Shown: positions 51,650 through 64,000 of the stretch, piece by piece
Layout of the letters: every line of letters begins with the position of its first letter
Numbering within the stretch: the first letter of the stretch is position 1
From: Epiperipatus broadwayi
Lineage: Eukaryota > Animalia > Onychophora
Length of the DNA: 64,000 nucleotides
NCBI GenBank assembly: GCA_028023455.1
Contig: JAQFVV010000008.1
Coordinates: 15,562,001-15,626,000, forward strand
Direction of reading: 5' to 3'
Notes under the pieces: model-generated
Databases searched by the model: none
What the model saw: the letters and a program-made list of their open reading frames with translations, nothing else
Told to the model about the DNA's origin: nothing
Made by a program: the position numbers and the translations under genes

Positions 51650-54600
51650 TGTATTTACTCCTTCAGGGAATTTAGATTGTCCATTTAATAAATTTTTCTG
51701 GTAAACCATCCACCCGGTACACTATATTGGATTGAACATTCATTACCATGAACCTACATCCAGATAGATAACACATAGCCAATGGCAACAACAGACCAAT
51801 AGGCAATGATGCAGATTGAATCCGAATGTTTCCATTAAGAAAGGGAATCTGGAAATAAATAGTCAAACCTTTTGAAGATAGAGTCAGAGAATTGCTGTCA
51901 TAAAGCTGAGTGGCAGTATTCACATTTTCTATACACATTTTACAGATAACTATTGTCACAGAGCTAAAAAACAGAATCTATGTTCTCCAGGCAATAGTTG
52001 ACAGACAATAATAGTTGATGCAGTGAGACAAGTGCATGTTCAGGATTGGAAGTTGCTAGAATCAAACAGTAACATAAGGCAAACTATCAAGTATAGCCAG
52101 AAGTGTCTCCAGACATACTCGCTGTCACAGTGCAGTGGAAAATGGTAGGAAACTTATAAGGGCATGTTCAGTCCCTTCTCATGTAGTTCACCCTAAACTA
52201 GGAGCTATATATACTTCACCAATGGTAGCAGGCAGAGATAGCTATTGTAAATATAATGTAAATACACAAGTGTATATTTGTTTTCATGTTTGTAAATAAA
52301 TATATTAATAAATGTATTTACTTGCATCAATGTTTATATCAATTCACTTGCAAAGGCAATAGATTTTGATGCCGTCGACAAATCAAAAAAATTTTTTTCC
52401 TCCACAGCTGGAAAAACATTTAAAATGATAATCTAAAATGATAAAGACTTGCCCCTGTGGATGGTTAGATTTTGTAATTAATCAAAAAAATGGATTGCTA
52501 ATGTTAGTCAATAAAAATTTCAAATCAAATGCAAATACAATAAAGGCAGAAACTTCTCCCCCAGTGGGATATTAGATTTTATCTTTAATCAAAATAATTG
52601 TCAGCTATGCTAACAGTGGCTCATTAAAAAAAGATTATACATCAATGTGTGTGTTTATTTATTCATCATAAATAAAAGAATTTTTTCTCATGGCATACAG
52701 AGAGGAAAAATAAAATGGTTAAAATTAATTCACTTGAAGAATTTGGTCTGGATTATTCGAAAACTTGACCAAGTTACAAGGATCAATTTCCCTTTTATAT
52801 GCAGGCTAATCAAATCCAAAAACCTTAATTAAAATAAGCCACTCTCATCTTTGTCATTGAATCAGACTTGCAAGATTCTTCAAGCATAGGCCATCTAGTC
52901 TGTGATCTTGATTTTTGATAAAGCAATGTCTTGACTAAATAACTTTTCTGCTAACCTCTAACGATAATGCAAAACCCATTTCAATCTCCGTACACAAGGG
53001 CAAGAAGCTAACCTTGATTTTTGATAAAGCAATGTCTCGACTAAATAACTTTTCTGCTAACTTCTAACGATAAAGCAGAAACCATTTCAATCTCTTTACA
53101 CAAGGGCAAGGGGAAAAGGCTAGAGATTTTCTATCAGAATAAAAAAATTAGCTTTAAAATAAGATTTCAAAGACTTCCTCATCGAAGCTCTACAAAATAA
53201 TTTTATTTGTGGTATGAGACTACAACCCGAGACAAGCTCCTAATGGACCCTGATCTAAAATGTAATTCCACTATCTGTCTGGTGGAATCAATAGTTAGTC
53301 AGGTATTTCCATTGAAGAAAACGGACTATAGCATTTAAACCATTGAACAGAAAAATGGGTTGGTTATGCACCCAGCTGACAGTAAAAATCACTGCTCATA
53401 TACATCACCAACAACTGAATAAAAAACCTTATAGATGTGACTAATGAATACATGCTCAGACCAAATATCCATACAGGTATATAGTGTGTATATACTGCAT
53501 CAGGCATGTAAAGACTGCTTGTTTTTCAAGGAAACAACAAGTTGTTTATGAAGAAATGAAAGAGTCCATTCAAAAAAGTCAAATGGGCAATTGAAAATCT
53601 AAAAAACAAAATTCCTGTATTAACTATCTGAGAGGCGTAGATTCTGCTTTCAAATGCAGAATTATAATTAATAATATGCCTGTAACAATGAAACTGGACA
53701 CTGGGTTTGCAGTATCCAAATATTCATGGGCCATCATTAATGAGAAAAATAAATATCAGCTACATTCTACCAGCAAAACAATCATTGATTACCAATGCAA
53801 TCTACTAGCACTATTGGATCAGGCAAGAGTCAAAGCTACAATGATCACTAAAATTAGATATCTGCTTCTCAGAGCAATTTATTAGGACATGATTGGTTCA
53901 TTCGCATAGGTTTTATAGTATGAACCAACTCACAACACTAAATCCAACAGGTTAACTCAAGAGATAGTTAATAATCCAGGTTTGAACCTCAAAATAAAGC
54001 ATAAAACTAAAAGTGCAAACCTATGCTGCATATTTAAGGGAATCAAATGGAATCCAGAAATTGTAATTGAAGTTGAAGGATCATAAACAGTGGTGACTAA
54101 AACAGTTGATGAATATATCAGATATTGAAACCCACTAAGGTTAAACTATATGTCGCAAGCCATCAGCAAAGCCTTGTCAGGTGACAAAACAAAAGTCACA
54201 ATCTGACCAGTGATGAGTCAACAGCCATGTAGTTTCAAGATTGACTAACAATATTGGCCCTGCTGAGATCACCTAATCAGTTAAGACCACAAGCACAAAA
54301 GATACTTAACAACACATTCGCACGATGTTCTTCGGAACTAATTTTAGTCAGGGGAGAGAATGTCATATTTCAACCTGGCTTCAAATAATGGACTAGTTTA
54401 GATTCCATTTTATCTACATCATATTCAGCATTCATTACCATGAAACTATACATATACAGATAGATAACGCATAGCCAATGGCAAAAATGAGCCAATAGAC
54501 AATGAGGCTCACTGAAGCAGAATGTTTCAATTATGAATACGGATTTGAAAATAAAGTCAACCCTTTTGAAGATAGAATCAGAGAACTACTGTCACAAAGC

Positions 54601-54972
54601 TGAATGGCAGTATTCACATTCTCCATACGTTCTGCAGAGAATTAGTTACAGAGCTGAAAGACAATTTGTTTCCAGACAGTAATGGTTGACACAGCGAGGC
54701 AAGTTCATGTTCAGGACTAAAAGCTGCTAGGGAAAAAACTGTCAAGTACAGCTGGAAGTGTCACCAGACCGATCCATGAGGTAGGCTATCATAGTACAGC
54801 CAGTCTTTCATAGTTCATACTAGAACTAGGAGCTATACCTCACCAACAGTAAGTAGCAGGCTGAGTATGGCCATTGTAAATATAGTGCAAAAACCCAAGT
54901 GTATATTTTTGTTTCATTAATAAATATAGGATAAAACGTATTTATACACATTTGTGTTTATATATAGATTCA
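51650..54972 (+). mobile_element. Internally deleted Ty3/Gypsy (Mag-like) element G3
   Basis: ~600-bp direct repeats at ~51670-52346 and 54361-54972. PPT AGGGGAGAGAA precedes TGTCAT at 54361. Internal gag (RDKLL.DPDL), decayed CCHC knuckles, protease MKLDTG and IN tail KWNPEIV are present; no RT/RNaseH is visible. Confidence 0.75.
52907..53110 (+). repeat. 106-bp tandem duplication inside G3
   Basis: cttgatttttgataaagcaatgtct...caagggcaag occurs at 52907 and 53013. Confidence 0.9.
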
Positions 54973-55566
54973 CATAACACAATTACACCTTGAATAATCT
55001 GTAATAAGTTGCATAATCTATAATCAAATGCACAAACCCATACATTAATTGCTTAATCTGTATTCCACCGCACTTTCGGCATACCTTAATTTTCTAGGGT
55101 TAAGAATGGCAATTATGTGATGTCTGATAGTTTAAAGAATGGTGGTCATGTGATGTTTAATGGCTTAATGTGATCTTGTGAAATTTGGAATTGCTTGGTA
55201 AAGTGAATGTTTCTAATGTATCTGAGGCCTGAGAAATTGGTCCGACTTCTGGGCTTATGGATGATTGCGATTGGGTTGAAAGCATGATAAAATTCATTGG
55301 AAGCTTCAATTACTTCCTATTTTGTTACATATAATTCTATTTACATGTATACATGGACATATATTGTTATTATTTGGTCAGATAGTACAGTCTAAATCAG
55401 ATAAACTTTCAAGTTAAGTTCACTATAGCAGATAAGTTTTAGTCTGTTAAGATCTGTTCATATCAATGCATAATTATTACTTTATAAAAATCCTCAAAAT
55501 TAAGAATTAATATAGATTCGTGTTAGTTAGTCCTAAACTTTAAAATAATACATGTGAATAACTTAC

Positions 55567-55741
55567 CTTGAAAATTTTTAAAGCAAACAACAATATTATT
55601 TTCATTTATTTTTTCACATCGTTCTTCAATAATTTCACCTCCTCCACTACGATTTGCATCACCAGCAAAAGCAAGAACGTCTTCAAAAATCAAAGTAGAC
55701 AAACTTTGAAAACTAACGTAATAGCCGTCAGTGGTATTCAT
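55567..55741 (-). CDS. First coding exon of a probable PARP14/PARP10-type RRM-containing protein
   Basis: ATG at 55741; MNTTDGYYVSFQSLSTLIFEDVLAFAGDANRSGGGEIIEERCEKINENNIVVCFKNFQ; ideal donor AG|GTAAGT at 55566. RSGGGEI..VV.F resembles the YFEN.RSGGG.V RRM signature. Confidence 0.65.
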
Positions 55742-56163
55742 AATAAGAAACAGAATTGGAAGTACAAAATTTACAATAAGGAGAGCTTTGTAATAAAAAA
55801 AACTTATTAAATATTGTTTGTCAAACAGAAAAATAAAACAATTTCAAAGAATTACAATCTTATTTTAGTACCCAAGTACCGTAATCAACGATAATTATCG
55901 ATTTAACGGCAGAAGAAATTAACAACAATTCATGGTTCAAATTCCAAAGATAATAATAAAAGATTGAATACAGGGAAATTCCCTATTTTAAAATAAAAAT
56001 CTATCCATGATTTTTTTTATACTTTATAAATATTTGTAACTTTAAATCCTTAGTACATATATTTCATCAAATTAATTAATAATGAAACAAAATAATTGTA
56101 ATTTTAAAGTCCAAATTCCAAAGCTAACGAATGAAAGTTTTTAAAAAATAAATCAATAAAATA

Positions 56164-56256
56164 TCACATGACTTCAGCCTACTCCTTGTTATTTCCGGAG
56201 CGTAATTTTCCTCATTCTTCCATTATCTTGTATCTATTAATTACTAAGACTTCCGG
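56164..56256 (-). promoter_or_regulatory. Putative promoter of the RRM gene with two Ets-type sites
   Basis: CCGGAAGT (56249-56256) and CCGGAAAT (56191-56198) on the minus strand, in a CpG-retaining patch ~450-500 bp upstream of the ATG. Confidence 0.4.
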
Positions 56257-57705
56257 TAGATGGCATAAAACTGTGAAGAAAAATTTTGTTTGTTGAAACT
56301 AAAGTTTTCTTTTTTTAAGATTATTCCTGAACAAAATCAAAGAAACTTCCAAAATTGAAATGTTTTGTTGTTTTTTTAAAAAATAATACTATATGCAAAT
56401 ATAAATTGCTAGATATATTATGAAGTGATAACATTAGTTTCGTCTTTTAATCTCTGAAACTGAATACTTTATTTCACTTTCGTTTCTCCGATATGACTAG
56501 TTTTAGATCAATTCATTTAATTTAAATTTTAGTTTTAAAATATGTGGTATTTTATTAAAAATCAACAAGTATTGAAAGTTTACAAAGTAAAAAGTATAAC
56601 AAAATAAATGAATAAAACAATTATATATTATTGAATTTCAAAAATCTTACACATATTAAAAAAGATTTTGTCATACATAGTGCTTAACTATAGTGTACGT
56701 ATATTATATGATTTATTATGTTACTGATATGTAGGTGAAATAAATTCGTGCAATGGAAATAAAAACTACAAACAACAACAAAACAATTATTTCGGTTTAA
56801 TCATAGAATATTTATAAATTGTATCACATGTAAACCAATATAGATTTACAATACATAAAGGAAGCAAAAAAATAAAGAACCTTATCAAAATTTCCCATTA
56901 CGTCATTATATGTAAAATAGAATTAAAATTTCGAGTGTAATATTTTTCATTCTAATTACAAATGATAAATAAAAATTTCAAATCATTTTTTGTTAATAAA
57001 GTTTTAAGTAATAAGACTTTTCTATTAAAAAAAAAAAATTGTAAAAAAACTAAAGCTAAGTTAAGGCATGATTTCTTTTTGCTTTAATAATTTTATTATA
57101 GAAGTAAAAATTAGACTTTAAGGGAAGATATAAAATTTCATCCATGCACTGCTGACCACCAACACATTATAATGAATATCACTGATAATATTCTGGGCTA
57201 GTTAATGGACTTATAAAACTTGACAAAAAAGTAATATCTTGCAAATTGTGGTTTTAATATTTGGAAATGTGGGACTTTAGTATTAGACCAGCTGTGATGA
57301 ATACTTGACCTCAACTCAACCTATCCATAATTCAATATGGCTGTGATATTTCACAGCAAGTCATATTAAAGTACCAAAAATGTCTATGAAACATTTTGCA
57401 GTTTTGCAATTGTTTTGATCACTATCAATCCAATGCAGGATAATCTCAAAATATAATTCAGTTTCTCTAATTCATTGCACAAACCTAGCATCCATTGATT
57501 ACTAAGCCTTGCAGTGGGCAGCACTACTATATGAAGAGTTTGCTACTGTGTTCCTCTACATCACACCAAAAAACTTCTTTTGAGTCTCTTTCTAATTGTT
57601 TCATAACTTCTTATAATCCATTTTAAGACTTCACTGTCCAAATACTATTATCACTTGTAAAATTATTAAAACTATGCTTGTTCTCTCACCTATGTGTTTT
57701 ATTTT

Positions 57706-60700
57706 TGTTGTGTATTCAATGATGAAGCTGACTTACCTACAATTATTACAAACTTATCAACTACAAAAAAATGTTAATAAAGATTAGACAATATTTACAA
57801 ATATATACACATAGTTACCTGGTTTAACTAAGAACTGTTTCCAGCATTGCTTAATTTACAAACATAACCAGTTGTCCTTAATTTTAAGTTCTAAACCCCC
57901 AATGCTAATATAACCACAGACTCAGCTGCACTTCCATTCTACTAGTAGTGGACTTAAGTGAATAACTAAAGTTTATACAGTTTCCTTTATAAAAAAGGGC
58001 AAAAATCTCCATACAATAGTGTCACTCAGTACAAGCCAGAGTAATCAATGGATATCAGAAGGCTTGTGCATAAAATCCCTATCTAGTGCCTACTCATCTT
58101 AGATCCCCAGATTAGTTTCTAGCTTGTGATGATCATATGATGTTTAGTAGTTTCCTTTATACACAATCCTATTTGGGCCTTACCAGATGTACACAAATAA
58201 CATAAGACCAGTGTGGTCTGTTAAGTTTTCCTATCCAGTTGTCTTTCACCTAGACACAAACTCTGGAAATACATCCCTTGATGCAGAAAAGATGGCATAC
58301 TTTTCTCAGCTTTGTTCTCTAGGTTAATTCCTAAAATAGCAATAACAATAGCATTACGATGAGTAAAGAAAAGCTAACACAAAGACACTTGTTCTTTTCA
58401 CACTATTTATACTTTTTTCCCTCCAGCTTAATATTCATTAATATAATTATTAACATTTCAATAGAGTACAGCAAAATCCATTAGATGAATTACAACAGGG
58501 TAGCACAACGATCCATTGAACTAATTATTTCAATGGGATAGCTGCATATTTACAACAATTATCATCTGGCATTTAAATTGTGTACATTCACATTCCTTTT
58601 ACTTGTAATTAGTGCTTTAGATATTTATTCCTTGGTTTGCTTTGTTAAAAATAAACTAATGTTTAAATTTAAACAGTAATGTTTTTTTCTATATTTAAAA
58701 AATCTATGAAGTGTATTGGCATTATAATTCACAACTCAGTTTATCTTTCAGCAATCTTTTGTGCATTTCTTTTAATCTGCAATCTCTATCTAAAATAAAC
58801 TTTTCCTTTATTTTTCAGCAATCTTGTTTTCATTGCTTATTTTTTTACATCTAAGTTTCCTTTTAACTATCAGCAATCTTTTTAATTGCTTATAAAGCTT
58901 ACTATTTCTATTTATTATTAAATTTCCATTACTATTTGTCACTGGGGTATAAACTAGTATTATAACTTCTATCCATATGGTTACTAAAACAATATACATA
59001 TTTTTTTTTTTTTACAAAATATAACACTTTCCCCCACTCCAGAGAAAAACCACATTTATTTTATTAAATATAATCTCGAAATCTATTTGATGTATACTTT
59101 TCCTGAATAGGTCTGGGTAATTTTTTTTTACTACTGCTTCCATTTATTCCTGTTCTAAAGACATTTGTGGGTATTTGTTTTCATTCAATTCTTCTACTCT
59201 ATGTCACTATCATTTTTGTTTTGCATTTGGGTTGTACATTTTTTGTTCATTTTCCAAATTCATTATTCCAAAATTTAATGTCTCTGTTGTTTCATGTCCT
59301 CTAATGTGGTTTTCACTTCTAATCACTACTATATGAATTGACAACATCTTTTCTACTGTCCCTTTGATCCAAGTTTTACTTAACACATTGTGAAATCATA
59401 CTCCAATTGTGAACTTCATGCTGTGATAATTGCCTTGCTTTGCTCTATTTTTCTTTGGATGGATTAATAATGGTTTTGTTCTTAGTCACCTTCCAAGTAG
59501 TAGTTCCACAGGGGAGATGCCAGTTACCATGCAAGGCGTTGCATATTTTATAATTGTACATAATTACTTTTCTTTTAACTCTTTTTCATTTGTTGCACTG
59601 CTTTTTCCCCATGCCATTTGATTCAGGATGGTATAGGGGTACAAATTTGTAGAATTTCATTTTCTTTCAAACATTTTTTCATAGTGTGATTCATGAAACT
59701 AGTCACCTTATCCAATACTACGGTTTCCAGTAATCCATGTATTGAGAAAACTTTATCTAAACACTTTATTGTTTCCTCTATACTTGGTATTTTTTACTTT
59801 ATGGCAATCAATCAACTTTTAGAATGCATCTATAATTATTAGAATCTTTTTTTCCTGTAATCAGCCCTGCATGGTCAATGTGCAATTTCTCACATGGTCT
59901 GGTTGTTTTAGGCCAGGTAGTATAATTTTTTGCCAAGAGTGCCCTCTCTGGCTGACAAGTATCACATATTTTTATGTTTTTTTTTTGGATGTCTTTGTTT
60001 ATTTTTGGCCACCAGACATAACTACATGCCAACACTTTTGATCTCACTACTCCTGGGTGACCTTTATATAACAGTCCTAATGCATGATTACAGCCTGCAG
60101 GCAGTATTACTGTTTTATCCCCCCTTATTAGATATCCCTTACAAACTGACAACCTTTCTCTGTCTATCCAAAACCCTTGATTTAAACAATTCTGTTTTGT
60201 TTTAGGCTATCCCTTTATCCATTTCCTTAGTATCTGATATCCCTAATTTTCTTTTATCTATTTTTCTACCATTTCACTGTTTAACATGTTTGATTTTATG
60301 CTATCAATATAATTCACCTCTGTTTCTGCAATTATAGATTCCAGTCTATCTGGGCATCTAGAAACATCATTCATGTGTGTGATACCTTTTCCTTTTATGT
60401 AATATAACTTATAATCATATGCGGTCAAAATATTCTGCCAGTGTAATATTCTTGAACTTATGTGTTTAGGCACTATTTGCCATGGGAAAAATACCTAGTA
60501 ATAGATTATGGTCTGTGAATATTTCGAAACTTCTACCCCATATATAATTGTGACATTTTTTAATTGCAAATATGATGGCTAGGACTTCTTTATCAATTTG
60601 TTTGCAATTATTTTCTGCATTTGAGAGAGTGCATGAAGCATATGCCTGACCATTCTCCCTTTTTGCTAGGGTGTGCTAGTACTATCCCTACCCCATATTC

Positions 60701-63700
60701 AGATATGTCAGTCATTATTTGCACTTTTTTTCTCACTATCATATTGCTCCAATAACCTGTATGTCATTAACAGTGTTTTTGTTTTTCAAAAGCTACATCT
60801 TACATCTGTGTCCACTGCCATTTCTTATCTTTTCTAAGCAAATCATATATTGGTTTAGCTACCATTAACTTGTAATTTAGAAACAGTTCATAAAAGTTTA
60901 CTAAACCCAAAAATGCTTGCAATTGTTTTATGTTTTGTGATTTATTTGCATTTTTAACTGCTATTAGTTTATCTGGGCACGACTTTTTTCCTCTGTCCAA
61001 AATGATGTGGCCTAAAAAACTAATTATTGAGTTTGCTATACACATTTTTCCTCATTCAACTTGATCTCAGCCTTACTTAGTCTTCCTCAAACTCTTAATA
61101 TACTGTCTCATATCTTTTACTGACACTGCTGGGATGAGAATGTCATCAAAATACGGTAGTTAATTAATTTAGAATGTGGTCCATTTTTGCTATGAAAATG
61201 TTGGCAGCCACGAGAATCCCAATGGAAGTCTATTACAGCTGAGCAACTTGAACAGCATTGTTCGAGTTAAGATTTGGGCTGTTTTTTCAGTTACCTCAAT
61301 CTGATGAAATCTGAAATCAGATCTCGTTTAGCAAAAAACTTTGCCTCTGTCATTCCAGCTAGTACTTCTCTTACTTTGGGTTCTGGATTTTCTCCTTTAT
61401 TTAAATATTGGTTCTCCATGATTCTATAATACCCACAAATTCTAATTTGCCCATTTGATTTGTGATTAGTACTATTGGCATTGCCCAATACACCAACTCA
61501 ACCTGTGCTAATACACCCTTGCTAACCAACAATCTGATTTTTTCACCTATTTTTTTTTTGTCCCAATAGTATCTTCCTCGCTTTACAGATAACATGATTT
61601 AGTTTTTCCACTAACTCAATATGGACAGGGTTATCTGCTATTAGCCCTATTTTATTTTCCAATAGTTCTGGGAATCTCTGCTTTTATCTCAAGTCCACTT
61701 GCCACATTATTCACATTGATGATAATGTCTAATTTTTGAAACCAGTCCCACCCTATTAACAAACTGATTTTATGCTTCACTATGTATAAAGATAATTTTT
61801 CACTCTTGTTTCAGTATTTTATAGGCACTATGATATAGCCTAGCATTCCCAATTCATGTTTACTGACATCTATGGCTTTTATAGTTGTCTGTCTAATTGG
61901 TATGTGTTTTCCCTTAATCTGTTTTCATAGCTTTTCTGATATCAGTGGAATGCCAGATCTGCTATCAATTTCCATTGCAATCTTTTTATTACAATTTTTT
62001 AACTATAGCATATATTTATTTTCCACCCTTACTCCATATTATTAATGATAACAAAATCATCTGTTACAATTGTGTAAGATTTTATATTACACTGCCATTG
62101 TTGGCTGGCTTTTGCCCTACACAATTTTTTTAAATGCTCTTTTAGGTTACACTTATGACATCTTTTATCTAGAAATATGTGTCAAACTTTGCCACAGCAA
62201 AAACACTTAATTCTTTTGCTTGTGCTCTTGCTTTCCCCCCATTCTTTCAATGTTTTCCCAACTGCAGTTTTCTCATTATCATTTTTAAAGCAAGCTTCTT
62301 GTTGTATTATAAACTTGTGAGCTATACTCTTCTTGATAGCTGATTCGAAGTTTAAATCTGTATCAGACAGCAGATTTTTTCTCAGACTATTATCAAGCAG
62401 ACCCCATAATAACTGATCTAACAATATCTCATCAACATAATTTCCATATAAAAAATATTTTGCAAATTGTCTCAATGCCAAACCATATTCTTTTACAGAT
62501 TCTCCCTTGCATTGACTTCTATTTTTTAGAGACAACCTGGCTACATGTTTAGATTGATAGGAGCTAAATTGGTCACTTAATTTTTTACTATATCCCTCAT
62601 ACACTACCAAATCCTTTATGGGTAAGTCAAAATACTTATTTATTATATCAATTACCCTTATGCCTGATAGACACATCAACTCTGATGTCTTTCTCTTTTT
62701 GTCCTCAATCCCATTGAGCAAGAAAAATTTTTCAAGCCGAGTAGTGTAGAGAGGCTATTCTTTAACATCACTAACATCAAATTCAGTTACTACAGACTGT
62801 TCTAACATTTTTTTATAATTATTCACCTAAACAACCCTACTTCGACTAAACCACTATTATATGAAATCCTTGTTTTGGACCAGGGTTCGAATACAACTGC
62901 TAACTGCACCAGATTTGTTGTGTATTCAACTATGAAGCTGATTGCCAACAATTATTACAAACTTATTATCTACAAGGAAACAACATTAATATAGATTAGA
63001 CAATATTTATTTACAAATATATACGCATTATTATAAACATATAGTTAACCGGTTTAACCCAGTATCAGTTCCAGCATTGTTTAATTTACAAACACAATCA
63101 GTTGAGTCCTTGATTTTAAGTTCTAAACACTCAATGATAATATAACCAACTTAACTGCACTTCCACTCTACTAATGATGGATCTAAGTGAATAACTAAAG
63201 TTTATATTCACAATTTCCTTTATGCACAATTCTATTTGGGCCTTATCAGGTGTCCGCAAATAATATGACTGGTGCGGTCTGATAAGTTTTCTAACTGACT
63301 GGGCACAGACTCTGGGAATACCTTCCTTGATGCAGAAAAGTTGGTTTGGTATAATTTTCCCTCAGCTTTGTTCTCTAAGTTAATCCCCGAAACAGCAACC
63401 ATAACAGCATTATGATGAGTAATGAAAAACTGATACAAAGACACTTGTTCTTTTCACACTAATTATACTTTTTTTCTCCAGCTTAATATCCACTAATATA
63501 ATTATTAACATTCCAGTAGAATATGGAAAAAATCCATTAGATGAATTACAATAAGGTAGCTACAATCCATTAGACTAATGCGTCTTTACAACAATTATCA
63601 TCTAGCATTTAATTTGTGTACATTCACATTCCTTTCACTTGTAATTAGTGCTTTAGATATATATTCCTTTGTTTGTTTCATTAAAAATACCTTAATGTTT

Positions 63701-64000
63701 AAATTTAAACAGTAACAGTTTTTTCTGTATTTAAAAAATCTATATCATTATAATTCACAACTCAGTTTATCTTTCAGCAATGTTTTGTGCATTTCTTTTA
63801 ACCTGCAACCTCTATCTAAAATAAAGTTTCCGTTATTTTTCAGCAATCTTCTTTACATTGCTTTTAGAACTTAAATATCTTTTAACATCTAAATTTCCTT
63901 TTAACTAATAGCAATTTTTTTTATTGCTTATAAAACTTACTATCTCTATTTATTATTAAATTTCCATTACTATTTTTCTCTGGAGTACAAACTAGCTTTA
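57706..64000 (-). mobile_element. Decayed full-structure Ty3/Gypsy (Mag/K02A2.6-like) LTR retrotransposon G1; 5' LTR runs off the window
   Basis: Diverged direct repeats 57706-59026 and 62916->64000 both begin TGTTGTGTATTCAA. PPT GGAGTGGGGGAAAG is at 59027-59040 and a PBS at 62897-62911. Fragments of gag (GESVKEYGLALRQ..CFCCGK), RT (WAMPIV, GQIRICG, FLGHII, QAFLGLVNFY), RNaseH and IN (HPGVVRSK..YVWWP..C..C, LHIDHAG) are present. Confidence 0.92.
57991..58148 (+). mobile_element. Half copy of foldback family F1 inserted in the G1 3' LTR
   Basis: Matches the F1 left arm (ctccataca...aatcaatgga...aaatccctatcta.tgcctactc...ccccagattagtttcta), is absent from the 5' LTR, and is flanked by agtttcctttat repeats. 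Another F1 end fragment lies at ~57485-57548. Confidence 0.85.

Noticed and set aside
57507-57520. GCCTTGCAGTGGGC identical to the RTE 3' end at ~31211
   Set aside because: It aligns within the F1 arm by homology, so a 14-nt coincidence is the simpler explanation.
1155-63444. Most short ORFs in the supplied track
   Set aside because: They are low-complexity I/F/L/K/N-rich frames expected in AT-rich DNA, or antisense or broken pieces of the TEs listed.

Overview
This is very AT-rich (roughly 70-75% by eye) animal-type nuclear DNA, and most of it is decayed transposable elements. There are no intact long ORFs, operons, rRNA genes or CRISPR arrays. Three Ty3/Gypsy (Mag/K02A2.6-like) LTR retrotransposons are recognisable: ~57.7->64 kb (minus; both LTRs, PBS and PPT), ~39.8-46.5 kb (minus; split by a ~2 kb insert) and ~49.8/51.7-55.0 kb (plus; RT/RNaseH/IN core missing). 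Also present are several non-LTR RT remnants (RTE-like, CR1-like), a Penelope-type GIY-YIG remnant, a tRNA-derived element, two foldback/MITE families, several solo-LTR-like islands and many local tandem duplications. A probable minus-strand host gene with PARP14/PARP10-type RRM-like repeats starts at 55741 and appears to carry the nested elements in its introns. The most unusual signals are two E2F+CHR promoter-like modules, a near-perfect 280-bp foldback, a 3x57-bp bulged-hairpin array, a multi-hairpin GC island, a half-MITE flanked by a 12-bp target-site duplication, and a PBS whose tRNA similarity extends across the T-loop. I found no clearly novel multi-gene system. All calls are by-eye motif recognition without database searches.
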